Position numbers and translations under genes: made by a program
Source of the DNA: Microbotryum violaceum
Lineage: Eukaryota
DNA length: 64,000 nt
Direction of reading: 5' to 3'
NCBI GenBank assembly: GCA_001244265.2
Contig: CDLV01000007.1
Location: 2,294,001 to 2,358,000, forward strand
The notes under the pieces: generated by a model
What the model was told of the DNA's origin: nothing
Databases searched by the model: none
The model's input: the letters and a program-made list of their open reading frames with translations, nothing else
Shown here: positions 22,979 to 34,480 of the stretch, in pieces
Layout of the letters: each line of letters begins with the position of its first letter
Position numbering within the stretch: the first letter of the stretch is position 1

Positions 22979-25843
22979 AGTAAGTACCCCTCTACCTCGC
23001 GCTTCCAGATGAGGTCTATTCGAGACTCCGGATCCCAGCCAACGCTCGGCACCTACGGCACGACACGTGGTGGAGCCAGTCGAGCTCGATCGCACGACTT
23101 TGCAAGAGCTGCGACTGCGTGTGCGTCATGACCGATGGAACCAGCGAAGATGGGCACTGTGCAGCGCAGAGCACACGGTTTTAGGATCTCATCCCAGCTC
23201 GTTAGAGATCATCTCCTGCGGCAAAGACACCGTACCCAAGCTCTTTCGCCCACGCTGCTCTACGCCTCGTTCGCACTGTCGAGCCCTCGAGCATTGCCAA
23301 CTGACATACCGACACGTCCACTACTTCCCTCGTAATCCTACGCAATTCTGCAGTGTCTTTCAACCCCAACGCCGGCTCCTTCAATCCCAACGCCAACACA
23401 TGGCAGCCTTCAGGCAACGCACCCCCTTTCCGTCCCGGTCAGGCCGGCGGCTACCAGCCTCAGAACCCCTATGGAGCTCCCCAGGGTCAGTATTACCCTC
23501 AGCAGGGGCAGTACGGCCAGTACGGTACATCAACCAATCAAGCTTGGATACATGCGTTGAACCGTCACTGAAACTGTGTCTTGCTTCGCGGCAGGTCACC
23601 CGCCAGCTGGGTACCCTTACGGCGGGGGATATCAGGGTGGCAATGTCCCCCAGGGCTATGGCGCCCATGATCCTTTTGCGCAACAAAACAACATCCAGCA
23701 TGGTGCTCATGGTGGCAACCACTACCAACAGCAAGCTCCGCATGCGCCCCGCGACAATACCCAGGCCTACGTACCGCCGGCCCGAGCTCAGCCTGCCCCT
23801 GCTCCGAGCGTCCCTTTCACCCGAGCCGAGGTCGATTCCAACGCCCCTGCTCCCGTCAAGGCACCTACAATGTCGCTCAAGATCGGCGGAGGCTCTGCGA
23901 CCAACTCCAAGCCGGCGACCGTCTCGCTCAATATCGGCGGCTCCAAGTCGAACGCCGCCTCTTCGTCGTCGAAGAACGCGACGCCTGGCTCAAGCAAAGC
24001 CGCCACCCCCAACTCGTCCAAGCCTGCGACGCCCGTACCCGAGAAGGTAGCCGAGAAAGCCAAGGCCGCCACTACTGTTGCTGCCACTACTTCCTCGAAG
24101 AAGGATTCGCTTGCTGCTGACAAGCCCGCTGCCGTCGCATCGAGCAAGAAGGACGCCCCAAAGGACGGTGGAGCCGCGGCAAAGGAGGATGCCAAGACTG
24201 CCGATGCGCTTCTTCACGAGGTGAGGGCCGTGGCCGACGAGGAGACTTTGGCGGACTTGTATGGGAACGATGAAGAGGGTGAGTAAATCGAAATGGTGTC
24301 AAGAGCTTCCTCGGGGCCTGCGTGTGCTGACCGCATTGACTTCTATTTCTCCAGCTATGAAAAACATCAAGCCACACATCAACATCGTCTTCATCGGACA
24401 CGTCGATGCTGGAAAGTCGACGATGGGTGGCAACATCCTTTACCTTTGCGGCATGGTCGACAAGCGTACGCTGGAAAAGTACGAGAAGGAGGCCAAGGAA
24501 GCCGGCCGAGAGTCGTGGTACCTTTCGTGGGCACTCGACTCGACCTCGCAGGAACGAGAGAAGGGCAAGACGGTCGAAGTCGGCCGAGCCTACTTTGAGA
24601 CCGACGCTCGTCGTTACACGATCCTCGATGCCCCTGGTCACAAGACATTCATCCCCTCCATGATTTCTGGTGCCGCCCAGGCCGATGTCGCCGTTCTCGT
24701 CATCTCGGCCCGCAAGGGTGAATTCGAGACAGGGTTCGAGAAGGGTGGTCAAACGCGCGAGCACGCAATGTTGGTTAAGACGGCCGGAGTGCAGAAGCTC
24801 GTTGTCGTCGTCAACAAGATGGACGACCCTACGGTCAACTGGGACAAGGCCCGCTTTGATGAGATCCAGGGCAAGCTCACGCCTTTCCTCAAGGGCACCG
24901 GCTACAACGTCAAGACCGACGTTCAGTTCATCCCCATCTCTGGCTTTACGGGTGCGAACCTCAAGGAGGATGTCGATCGCAAGGTTGCCCCTTGGGTCGA
25001 AGGTGTTTCGTTGCTCAACTTCCTCGACAATATGGCGCTCGTTGACCGCAAGACGAACGCGCCGCTGTTGATGCCCATTTCTGACAAGTATGCCGATATG
25101 GGGACAGTTGTCGTCGGCAAGGTCGAGAGCGGTAAGCTTCGCAAGGGCCAGAACCTGCTCTTGATGCCCAACAAGGTTAGTCTCATTTGTGTTTGCCTCG
25201 GTGTTTCTTCGATGGTGTTGTGCTCACCCTTCGCCATCTTCTCCAGACCCCCGTAACGGTCACCGGTATTAACAACGAGATGGAGGAGGAAGTGCCGCTC
25301 GCATTGTGCGGTGATAACGTTCGCGTGCGGCTGAGAGGTGTCGAGGATGAGGACGTCTTTGTCGGCTTCGTGCTCAGCTCGGTCGAGCAACCGGTGCACA
25401 CCGTTACGCACTTCGAGGCGCAACTCGTTATCGTCGACCACAAGAACATCATCTGCGCTGGCTACGGCGCCGTGATGCATGTCCACACCTTGTCGGAAGA
25501 GGTCGCATTGTCCAAGTTGTTGCACTACTACGACAAGAAGTCGGGGAAGAAGTCGAGGCGGCCACCTCAATTCGCCAAGAAGGGGCAAAAGATCATTGCG
25601 TTGATCGAGACGGCGGCACCGGTTTCGGTGGAGCGGTTCGCCGATCACCCTCAACTCGGCCGCTTCACATTGCGTGATGAAGGCAAGACGATCGCGATTG
25701 GTAAAATCACAAAGGTCAGTTCAATGCGTTGGGATATCGATGTGGATGAGTGAGCTGACTTGATCTCTCCCTTCGGATCCCAACAGCTCATCAAGCACCA
25801 AGAGGACCTGCCTGATGTCGCCAAGCTCGAGATCGCTGCGTAG
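22979..25843 (+). CDS. SUP35: Eukaryotic release factor 3 (eRF3) with Q/N/G/Y-rich N domain; start codon split A|TG
   Basis: FNPNAGSFNPNA PAM2-like start, GHVDAGKST, REKGKTVEVG, DAPGH, SARKGEFETGF, NKMDD, GRFTLRDEGKTIAIGK; TAG at 25841-25843. Confidence 0.97.
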
Positions 25844-26710
25844 GTTTTTTGTTTGTTTAGATCATTTGTGTAGACATGATGTGCTTTCTTTGTGTTGAAT
25901 AGATCTACGTCTCGCCATTCTACTCTATTGCGGCTCCTGATGAGGCCGAGTGGATGATTCGTTGTAGATCGGCGACTTTGTGAACCGTAGATCACCGCGG
26001 CCGCGCGGTGCCTCACACGGATGCTCAATTCGGATCGACGAGGGTGATTTCAAAATTTTGCGGACAACCACTAATGCTTATCTGCACACTGAGAAAGAGA
26101 TGTACCATCTTTGACCGAAAATTTGTTCACATAGCGGCTTAATTTGTACTCTCTGTGAATTTGGTGTATTTGTTCCACCTGGTTTCTTTGTTCGCAAATG
26201 GCTTAAAAGACTTGCTTCTTCATCTTATGAAGAAGCCTTGTTCTGATGCCCTCAATTTTCGATGCCCTTGGAAAGGGACAGTCCTGTTCTGCTCCGACTT
26301 TCAACTTGTCATCTTCTTGACCAGCCTCTCTCTCCTCTATCTTGATCCCCAACTTGTCGAACGTTCCAAACGCTTTTGCGTGTATAACAAGCGCGTCTCG
26401 CAGTCCACCAAGCTAAAGCTTGTCCTCCAAGCCGTCTATTGAAAAACTACGCCCGAAGAGTTCTACGCATGGATGGAGGGCGGGGGAGAACGCACAATCG
26501 ACTCTTCTATGACTGATTGCATGCGGTTGTGGTGAAAGCAATAAAGAACATCGGGGTGGTGGTGGTGAGAAGTTTTGGTGTGGAGATTGAGTGGTGATGA
26601 TATGAGAATGCAACGGCGGATTTTCCCGGAAAAATAAGGTCGGAAAGGGCGATCCAAAGATCGGTGAGTGGTGGTGGGAGAGAGTCGAATATCCACAGAA
26701 CGGATTTCGC

Positions 26711-27892
26711 TTAAGCGGTGGGGTCCTTGGTGGCCTCCACGAGGTAGGCGATGAGGTGGTTGCGGTCCTTGTCCTTCTTGAGGCCAGCAAAGGCCATCTT
26801 GGTGCCCGGAATGACCTTCTTGGGGTTCTCGAGGTATTCGAAGAGCGTGTCCTGGTCCCAGTGAATGGCCGCCTTCTTGTTGGCCTCGGTGTACGAGTAC
26901 TTCTCGGCAGTACCGGATTGTCGGCCGATCTGTGAGTGATGACGAGGTGGTGATGGTCAGGTTTTGCAGGGCGTGCGAGGTTCGAGGTTGGGTGAGAAGG
27001 CTTACAAGACCGTGCAAAGCAGGGCCGACTAATTAACACAAAAAGAAAGCAGAGCAAGGAAATGGAGTTAGTATAACTATCCGGTCACCAAAGCTTGTGT
27101 GTCCAAGCGTGCGAAGACCATAGCTCGCCCGGTTTCGAGCCCAAGTGTCTGATCGACGTGATCAATCACAACCTCCGGCCCGGCGTAAACCCCCGTGCCA
27201 CCCCGTTCTACGGCCCAAAAACATCGCTACCCAGGACGAAATCGCACTCGCCCAGAGTCGAGAAGGTTAGGGATCGTCATCGCAGCCCTTCGCTTGTTGG
27301 GGGGCGCGGGCGATCGCCACCGGCCCGGGCCGTCTCGCAGGCCCAACTTTTGACTGGCCCCAGTCGAAAACGGAAAGCTCCGTCCTGCTGAAGCGGTACT
27401 CACCCTTGTGGCCTGCGATGGAAACGAAGCACCTGAATCAATATGGAGTTTTCACATATTCGGAATGAGGGACAAGATGCTGCGTGGCAGTGTAGACATC
27501 CCGAAAGCCCGATCGCAACCGAGGCTCCGCAGCGTAGCGCGAGACGCCGGAAGGGGGGCAAAAGTGATAGATCGAATGGGAGACTGACCTCCATTAGCCT
27601 CAACGGTGTGGCATTGAGCGCAACGTGTCTTGAACAGGGAAGCACCCTTTGTGGCGTCACCTAGATTTAAGCCAAGCGAGAGAGAGGCGATGATTTCAGG
27701 GGGGGGGGGGGCGAAAATATGCGAATTAGCGAGCTGCGATTGGCCGATGGGGACATCGAAGCCAAGACGACGACGCGATGGCCACAGAGAAGAAACAAAG
27801 TGACGAACCGGGAGTGTAAGGCACTGTAGAAGGAGGGGGAGCTTGACATCAGTCCGAGTACGAGGTGTCGCTGAGGGAGGGATGAACTTACT
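26711..27892 (-). CDS. CYC1: Cytochrome c, 6 coding exons: 27892, 27809-27823, 27589-27660, 27404-27412, 27006-27028, 26711-26929
   Basis: Spliced product [46 protein letters not shown]...[21 protein letters not shown]. CxxCH heme motif and axial Met are present; all introns are GT-AG. Confidence 0.96.
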
Positions 27893-28628
27893 GTTTGTAT
27901 AGAGTGAGGTTTGGGGCAGATGGCGAGAAAGGACAGGTGTATGGAGCACAACCGTCGCAAGCGATCCTGACGCAGGGCATCGCGATCTGCCTGCAACAGC
28001 CGCCCGCAACAGCCCGGATCAACTCGCCCGCGCAACAAGATTTGATTTCCGCTCCAGCCCGACCGCGAGCTCGGCACGACTCGGAACGATTTCGGGCATC
28101 GGCTAGCGCCAATTTTGATCCGGAACCTCCTCCGCCATTGCACTGCCTCCTGAATCGAGGCGCGCACTCGATCCCGAATCCCGATGCTCGCCCCGTCGGG
28201 CTCGGCCGGCAGCCTGCAGATCGATTTGCTCGGCGGGCCGTGGTGGCGTCTGATCACTGCAAACTTGGGATCGGCTCTCGCTCGAAGATTTCTCGACATG
28301 GAACAAAGTGCAAACGACCTCTCTCGACAGTTCGGCACGAGGACGCTCTTCCCGGATCCATGCCCGAGGTATGGTAAGGTTTGCAACAATTTTCGCTATC
28401 CACCCAATTCAATTGTTTGATGCTGCACACACGCCAATGATACTCATTACAAGGGGTCCTAGCAAGCAAAAAGATGAAAGAGAAGAAAAGAAGAGCAAAT
28501 CTATGAAGAGAGAAGAGCAAACCGCGAAGGACGACTAACATAGAAACACACAGATCCGCACTCTTTAGCACCGTGCTGAGCCGAGGGTGGCCGATGCCAA
28601 GCGAGAGGAAAACATGAAGCCGCTCGGT

Positions 28629-31600
28629 CTAGAAAGTAGACCTCGGTGCGGTCGGGGCTGTCTCCACCTCGGACTGCTTCTTGATGATGGTCGAAGGCGT
28701 CAAGTTGCCCTTGGCCTTCTTCTGTGTCGAGCGCAACGTCTTGCCATCGACATCCTCGTCCGAATCCGTATCCGGTTCTCGCACCGCACCAGGAATCGAG
28801 TTGGACAGGAAGGCGAGCGTACGTAACCGCCTTCTTTCTTCACGTTCCTTCATCTGCTTGCGCGACATTTTTTTCCTGCCCTTGGAGGCTTTGAAAGCCA
28901 TCTCGGCACCGGCGATCGTAGAGGCGGCTCGCGCCTCGTCGCCCGAACCAACGGGGGTCGACATCGCCGGCGTCGAACCAGCGGGAGTCGTCAATGCCGG
29001 TGTCGAAACGGCAGGGGTCTGGGTTCCGGGTGTCGGGGGTTGCGAGTCGAACGCATCCTCGGCGACGGCGGCCTTGCCCTTGTGAGTAAGCATGCCGGAC
29101 TCGACGTTCCAGATCTCGGGGCAGAGAGCACCAACGAACTCCTGGTTGTGCGAAATGCACAAGAAGGCACCGGTCCATTCGCGAATACCGACGGCGAGAC
29201 CGCCAAGAGCATCACGATCCAAGAAGTTGGTAGGCTCGTCTGAAGCGGGGAAAGATCAGCAGGTCAGCTACCTGATGAAAGGACATGAATCACGATGGAC
29301 AACCTACTCACCAAGAATAAGCACCTGGGGCTTGGCCCACATGGCCGCAGCGATGACTACCTTGACCTTTTGTCCACCGGAAAGGCCCTTCATTTCGTTG
29401 TACTCGGCGATGTCACCGTCGAGACCAACGTCCTCGAGATGCTTGCGGACGAGCTTGCCCGACATCTCACGCGACCCAGCACCTTCGCGCGATGCCTCGA
29501 AATCGTCAAACTCTTGCACGAGCTTGGAGAAGCCGAGCTCAATAAGTCTCTCGCGGGGCAACCAAGCGTTGAACTTGTGCTGCAGATTTTGCCACTTGAT
29601 TCTGGGCGCGAAAGAAGGGAGAGTGAAGGGTCAATGTCCGCGCTTTCTATAAGGACCTCAACCTAGCAGTGCCACTCACTCGTAAGAGTACGATTTCTTT
29701 AGCTTTTGACGACCGACGATGCGCTCGAGAAAGCGCGACTCGCCAGTACGACCAACGATGGGAGTCTTCATAAGCTCGATCTCCTCCGGGGTCATGGCGC
29801 GCGTCGCCTTGGCGGCCTGCTCCTTGTCGACACCGTCCTGGTAACGCCACTGGATGTACTGCATCGCCGTCTTCTCGAGGTGCTCCTCGATATGGTGGAA
29901 CGCGTGTTGGGCCACGTACGCGACACGCAAGTTGGGGTGCTTCTCAACCTTGCCTTCGTCGGGTACGGTCTCGCCCGTCAAGAGCTTGATCAGGGTCGAT
30001 TTACCGGCACCGTTGGGGCCGACGATACCGACGCGCGACGAAAGGGAGACGGCGCACGAGACGTTCTGCAACTGCGGCTTCTTGGCACCAGGGTAGGTGA
30101 AGGTGCAATTGGTCATCTTGAGGATAGCGCGCGTCTGCGAGCGCACACCCATCAAAGAACCGGGGGCCGGGAAGGTGAACTTGACGACCGAGTCCGAGAG
30201 GGTGTAGTAAGCCTTTCCGGCGGGCCACTTCTCGACGAACTTGGCAAGATTACCCTTGTAGTAGACAAGCTGCTTCTTCTGGTAGTGGATGATGTTCGTG
30301 CAGACGGCGTCAAGGAAGCCCGAGTCGTGGGAGACGATCATGCACGTGATGTGCGACTGCGCGTTGAGGAAGTCCTGGAGCCAGTTGACGGACTTGGTGT
30401 CCAAGTGATTGGTTGGTTCGTCGAGCAACATGAGGTCGACCTTCATCAGGATAGCACGGCAAAGGGCGACGCGCATCTTCCATCCACCAGAGAGCGAGTT
30501 GATGGGAACATCCTGTCGCTCTTCGTCAAACCCGAGCTCGAGCAAGGTCTTGCGAATCTCCTTCTCGTCGACCTCGATGCGAGGCTCCTCGAGCATGAGC
30601 CCGCAGACGGTGATGCCGGACTCGTCACCGTCAATGTCGTGCTCGACATAGGCGGCCTTGACGTGCTGCGGGAAGTTGTCGATCTGTTTCCGGTTGATAG
30701 CCTTGAGCAAAGTCGATTTACCGCAGCCGTTGGCACCGCAGATACCGTAACGGTGGCCTCGGCGCAGCTTGAGCGTCGTGTGGTTGAGCAAGAGCAGACC
30801 ACCGTAGGCGAGCGAGAAAGGCAAGTCCGTAACGATCTCTCCCTCTTCATCATCATCGTCCTCCTGGTCGACTTGCATGCGCGACTTGTCGATTGCCATC
30901 CATCGCTTCAAGAGCTCGACGGAGAGCGACTCGGCAGAGGCCTTACCAACGAGGGGTTCGAGGTAAGGACCGACGTAGGACTCCCTCCAGTCCTTCTCGT
31001 CGAACTGGCGCTTGCGGGTCAGGTGCGAGATGGCGTAGGCGACGTACGACAAAGCCTGGTCGGCGAACGCGTCGGGCTTCTCCCCAGAGGCCTTGGCGAC
31101 GAGACCTTGGGTCTCAGTGAAAGCCTTCTTCTCGTCCTCGGCCGCCTCGGACAAGTGGTCGACGGCGGGGACCTGGGCACCCTCCTTGGACGCGTCGACG
31201 GCCTTCTTGGCCTCCTCGGCGAAGGCACGGATCTCGGGGAAAGCGGCCGACTCGATGATCCGCTCGATACCGGGCAAGACGGCGGGGGCGTGGAGAGCGG
31301 CAAGATCGGATGAACGGACGAGTTTGAACAAATTGGTGATGAGGACAACAGATTGACGCTGGACAATGTTGCCTCGCTCGCCGAGGGCACGGGTGAGTAG
31401 GGGGGCGACGACAGCCAAAGTGGGACCATCGACCTCGCGGACCCAGACGGTCGAGGACAATCGCTTGATCGCGGCAGGGACGGTCGTAGGGTCGGCCATG
31501 CACTTGACGAGATCGGGGACGAAAGGTTGGATATCGGGGTTGGTGAGAACGTGGCACAATGCGATACCGGTCTTCTCGGCTTGCGAGGCAATCTAGTCGG

Positions 31601-32456
31601 AAAGTGAATGAAAGCTCACGTCAGCGATGAGGCCCCCGAAGACTGATCAACCAGATAACTCACCTCGGACTTGGTGTCACGCATCGACGCGGTAAGACGA
31701 GGGACGTACTCGCCCAATCGCTCAGCAACCTGGTCCTTGGCCGAGGCGCCGAAAGTGGCGAGCAGCTGCAACGCGCAGGCCTTGCTCTTCCACTTGTAGT
31801 TACCCTCGATGACCTCGAAGAGCTGCTCGATCGTCTTGGGCGCAAGTTCGGGAGGCGTCAAGCGGCACAATTGCTTGGCCGCCTTTTCGGCATTGTCGGC
31901 GATGGAAGCCGTCTTGCCGGACTCTTGGAGACGGTCCAACACGACGGGCAGGAGGGGCACGAGGTAAGGATCGGCACCAGCCTTGGCGAGCTTGCGGAAG
32001 AGCTCGTCGAAAGCGGCGATCGCGCCTTCACGCTCAGCGACGACCTTGCCCTTGACGGCACGAGTCAGGTCCTCGAGGATCGCATCGACGACGAGCGTGC
32101 GCAGGCCGTTCTTTTGAACATAGGCCGCGAGCGTCGACGCGGCCGCGGCGCGAGCGGTGCGAGCGGTCGCGGAGTAGAGTTCTTGCAGGATCGCGGAGGC
32201 AGGTCCGTCGGCGGTGGTCCTGATAAGGGGGGAACGAGAGCAAAGCAAGACACGATCAGCATCAAAAATCACAGACGAACACGTCTCGTTCGAGCGAAGA
32301 AGGCGGGATATCGAGGCGACACACTCGAGAACTCTGGACTTCGCAACGGTCGGTTGGGTCCGTCGGTCAATTCGTGGCTGAGGGAGAGACATCTCGGCGC
32401 GTCCATACACGAGCAATGCACGTCACGTGGCCAACTCACATCTCAGCAACAGGCAT
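28629..32456 (-). CDS. NEW1: eEF3-family ABCF ATPase, New1/Elf1 type (HEAT region, two ABC domains, chromodomain insert)
   Basis: GANGCGKST, LSGGWKMR, DEPTNHLD, GPNGAGKST, chromodomain GRQKLKKSYSYE|IKW, LSGGQKVKV. The C-terminal RKQMKEREERRRLR..AFLS looks more like New1/Elf1 than eEF3. First exon is MPVAEM at 32440-32456. Confidence 0.85.
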
Positions 32457-33121
32457 GGAACTCGTTGAATGGGTAGATGAGCTCTTGAGAGATAAAATAT
32501 GTCGGTCAGAGCACGAATGCGACGAGGAAGTTCAGGGCTGGGCGGGTTGAGCGAGCCTCGTTTTGAACGGCGAAAACGTGCGAAAGCCGAGAACAGCGAG
32601 TACGGGCAGCGGCGGCTTTGCGGAGGGCGAAGGACTTGCGGAAAGTCGCTTCGGGACGGGGGGTTAGAGAGTTTGAAGAGATGCCAACACTCGCGAGTGA
32701 GATCGAGGCTCGAAACGGAGAGGGAGGGCGGGGGAAGAAGGGGGATGGGGAATCAAGAGCAGCAGGAGCGAGAGCGCCTCGAGGTTCCAATGTTGGTCGG
32801 CTCACCTTCGCAGCCATCCGGTGCGTACATGCACACGCCAACCGAGTGCGAGTCGATCAAATTTTGCCAATTGCCCCGCGAAACGGATACATCATAATCG
32901 TCAAATTTGAGCAAAAACAAAACATGCATTCACATCACACCACACCTACACTGGAGTACAAGATGGCGTATTCATCCAAATTGACGTGCCACCACAAATT
33001 ATTTCCGACCGCCGACTGGCCGGCATTGCTCCTCCGCTGGCCCGGCAACCAGTACGGGCGCGCCTGCCGGCTGAACGGGGACGCCTCGGCGAATTTCCGT
33101 CGGGCGCGAGCATTCACTTCA

Positions 33122-34293
33122 CTACTTTTCCCCCTTCTTCCACCCTCTCCCTACACCCGTCATAACAATCAACCCATCCTCTTGCTCGACCCACAACTCG
33201 CAGTCCTCCCCCTTCCACTTGCCACAAAATGCGACCTTCCGATCGACGACCAATGGCGCCGTGTTACGGTACGTGAAATCCTTGACCCCTTCCCATTCGC
33301 CTCGGGGCAGGTTATGCCGGAACGTATTGAGCAACAACAAGGCCGTCAATGGACCATGGACGATCAGGCCTTCTCTTCCTTCGACCTCCTTGCAGTAGCG
33401 TTCGTCCCAGTGGATTCGATGTGTATTGAATGTCAACGCGGAGAACCTCATCAACATTTTCGGCGTTGGAAGGAAAGGCATGACAAAATCCGCCTCGTGG
33501 CGACGAGCGTCGAGATTCTTGAGTAATGAAGGGGAGTTGGCTTCCATCACTTTTTGGCGTTGCTCGTCGGTCATGGAAGGGCGATAGATGTGCACCCTCG
33601 TCTCCTTGACCGCGACCGTCCCTGTCGCCTCGGAGCTGGTCCCTTCCCCTCGTTCCCTAATTTCCCTCTGAACCTGCACATAATACCCCGGTCTCCCATC
33701 CTTACCCATCTTTTTCTTCACATCCAAAACCTTGGCCTTGCATTCGATCTCGGAACCGATCCGAATTCCTTGACCGGAGTTGGGGGTCTGATATCCCCGA
33801 GCGAAGGCGAACGAACCGCCGACCCACATGCGTTCATCCAAACCTCCTTCGAGGGGCGGGTGATGTGGCGTCTTTTCAGTGCCGTCGGGCGCTAGGGAGG
33901 AGGTGGTAGAATCCCAGGGTGGGAAGAAGAGGAGTGTCCAGCCTGGGGGTAGGATGTCTCTGGGAGTACGAGGGGCCGGATGGGGTTCGAGGGAGAGCAA
34001 ATCAATCAGCTATTGCTATAGCCCAATAACTGTCTCTCTTCAAGCCAGAACACGCCCAAAACCTACCCCTTAGTCGACCAAACGGAAGCCAGTCCATCCT
34101 GCGATACCTCAATCGTCGAGACGAGGGACCGAACACGAGAAAGCGTGACATGGTCCTCGAGGTAGAGCACGTTCGAAGGCGCCGAATTGATCCATTGCTG
34201 TAGAACTGTAGAGTTTGAGGACGTCGCTGTACTGAGCTGTCTTGTGAGAGCTGGTCTTCCAACTCGATTGAGCGCGCGTCGAATGGCGTGCAT
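33122..34293 (-). CDS. Mitochondrial hot-dog-fold dehydratase (HTD2 / mesaconyl-C4-CoA hydratase-like)
   Basis: Arg-rich presequence-like N-terminus, LPPGW..LFF, RMWVGG, RFSALTFNTHRIHWD, LIVHGPL; one intron. Confidence 0.85.
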
Positions 34294-34480
34294 GGCGGAG
34301 GATGGGTCAGGGACTGGAGGGAAGCGAAACCTCCGTCCAAAAACGTGGTCCGTGCGAGCGAAAGCGACGCGCCGCGCTTTATGAGGCTTTATGCGCCCCT
34401 GCGAGAGACGACCTTGGCTGACTTGGGGGAGGACGCGCCGCTCTATCGTCGCCCAACCCTTCCCACAGACGACCACCAAC

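Noticed and set aside
23067..24050. 327-aa alternative-frame ORF overlapping the SUP35 5' region
   Set aside because: It has a non-ATG start, runs through introns and has Arg/Pro/Ser shadow composition; the spliced eRF3 frame explains the region.
29706..31313. 535-aa plus-strand ORF
   Set aside because: Antisense shadow of the NEW1-like gene caused by GC-rich codon bias; it has no recognisable motifs.
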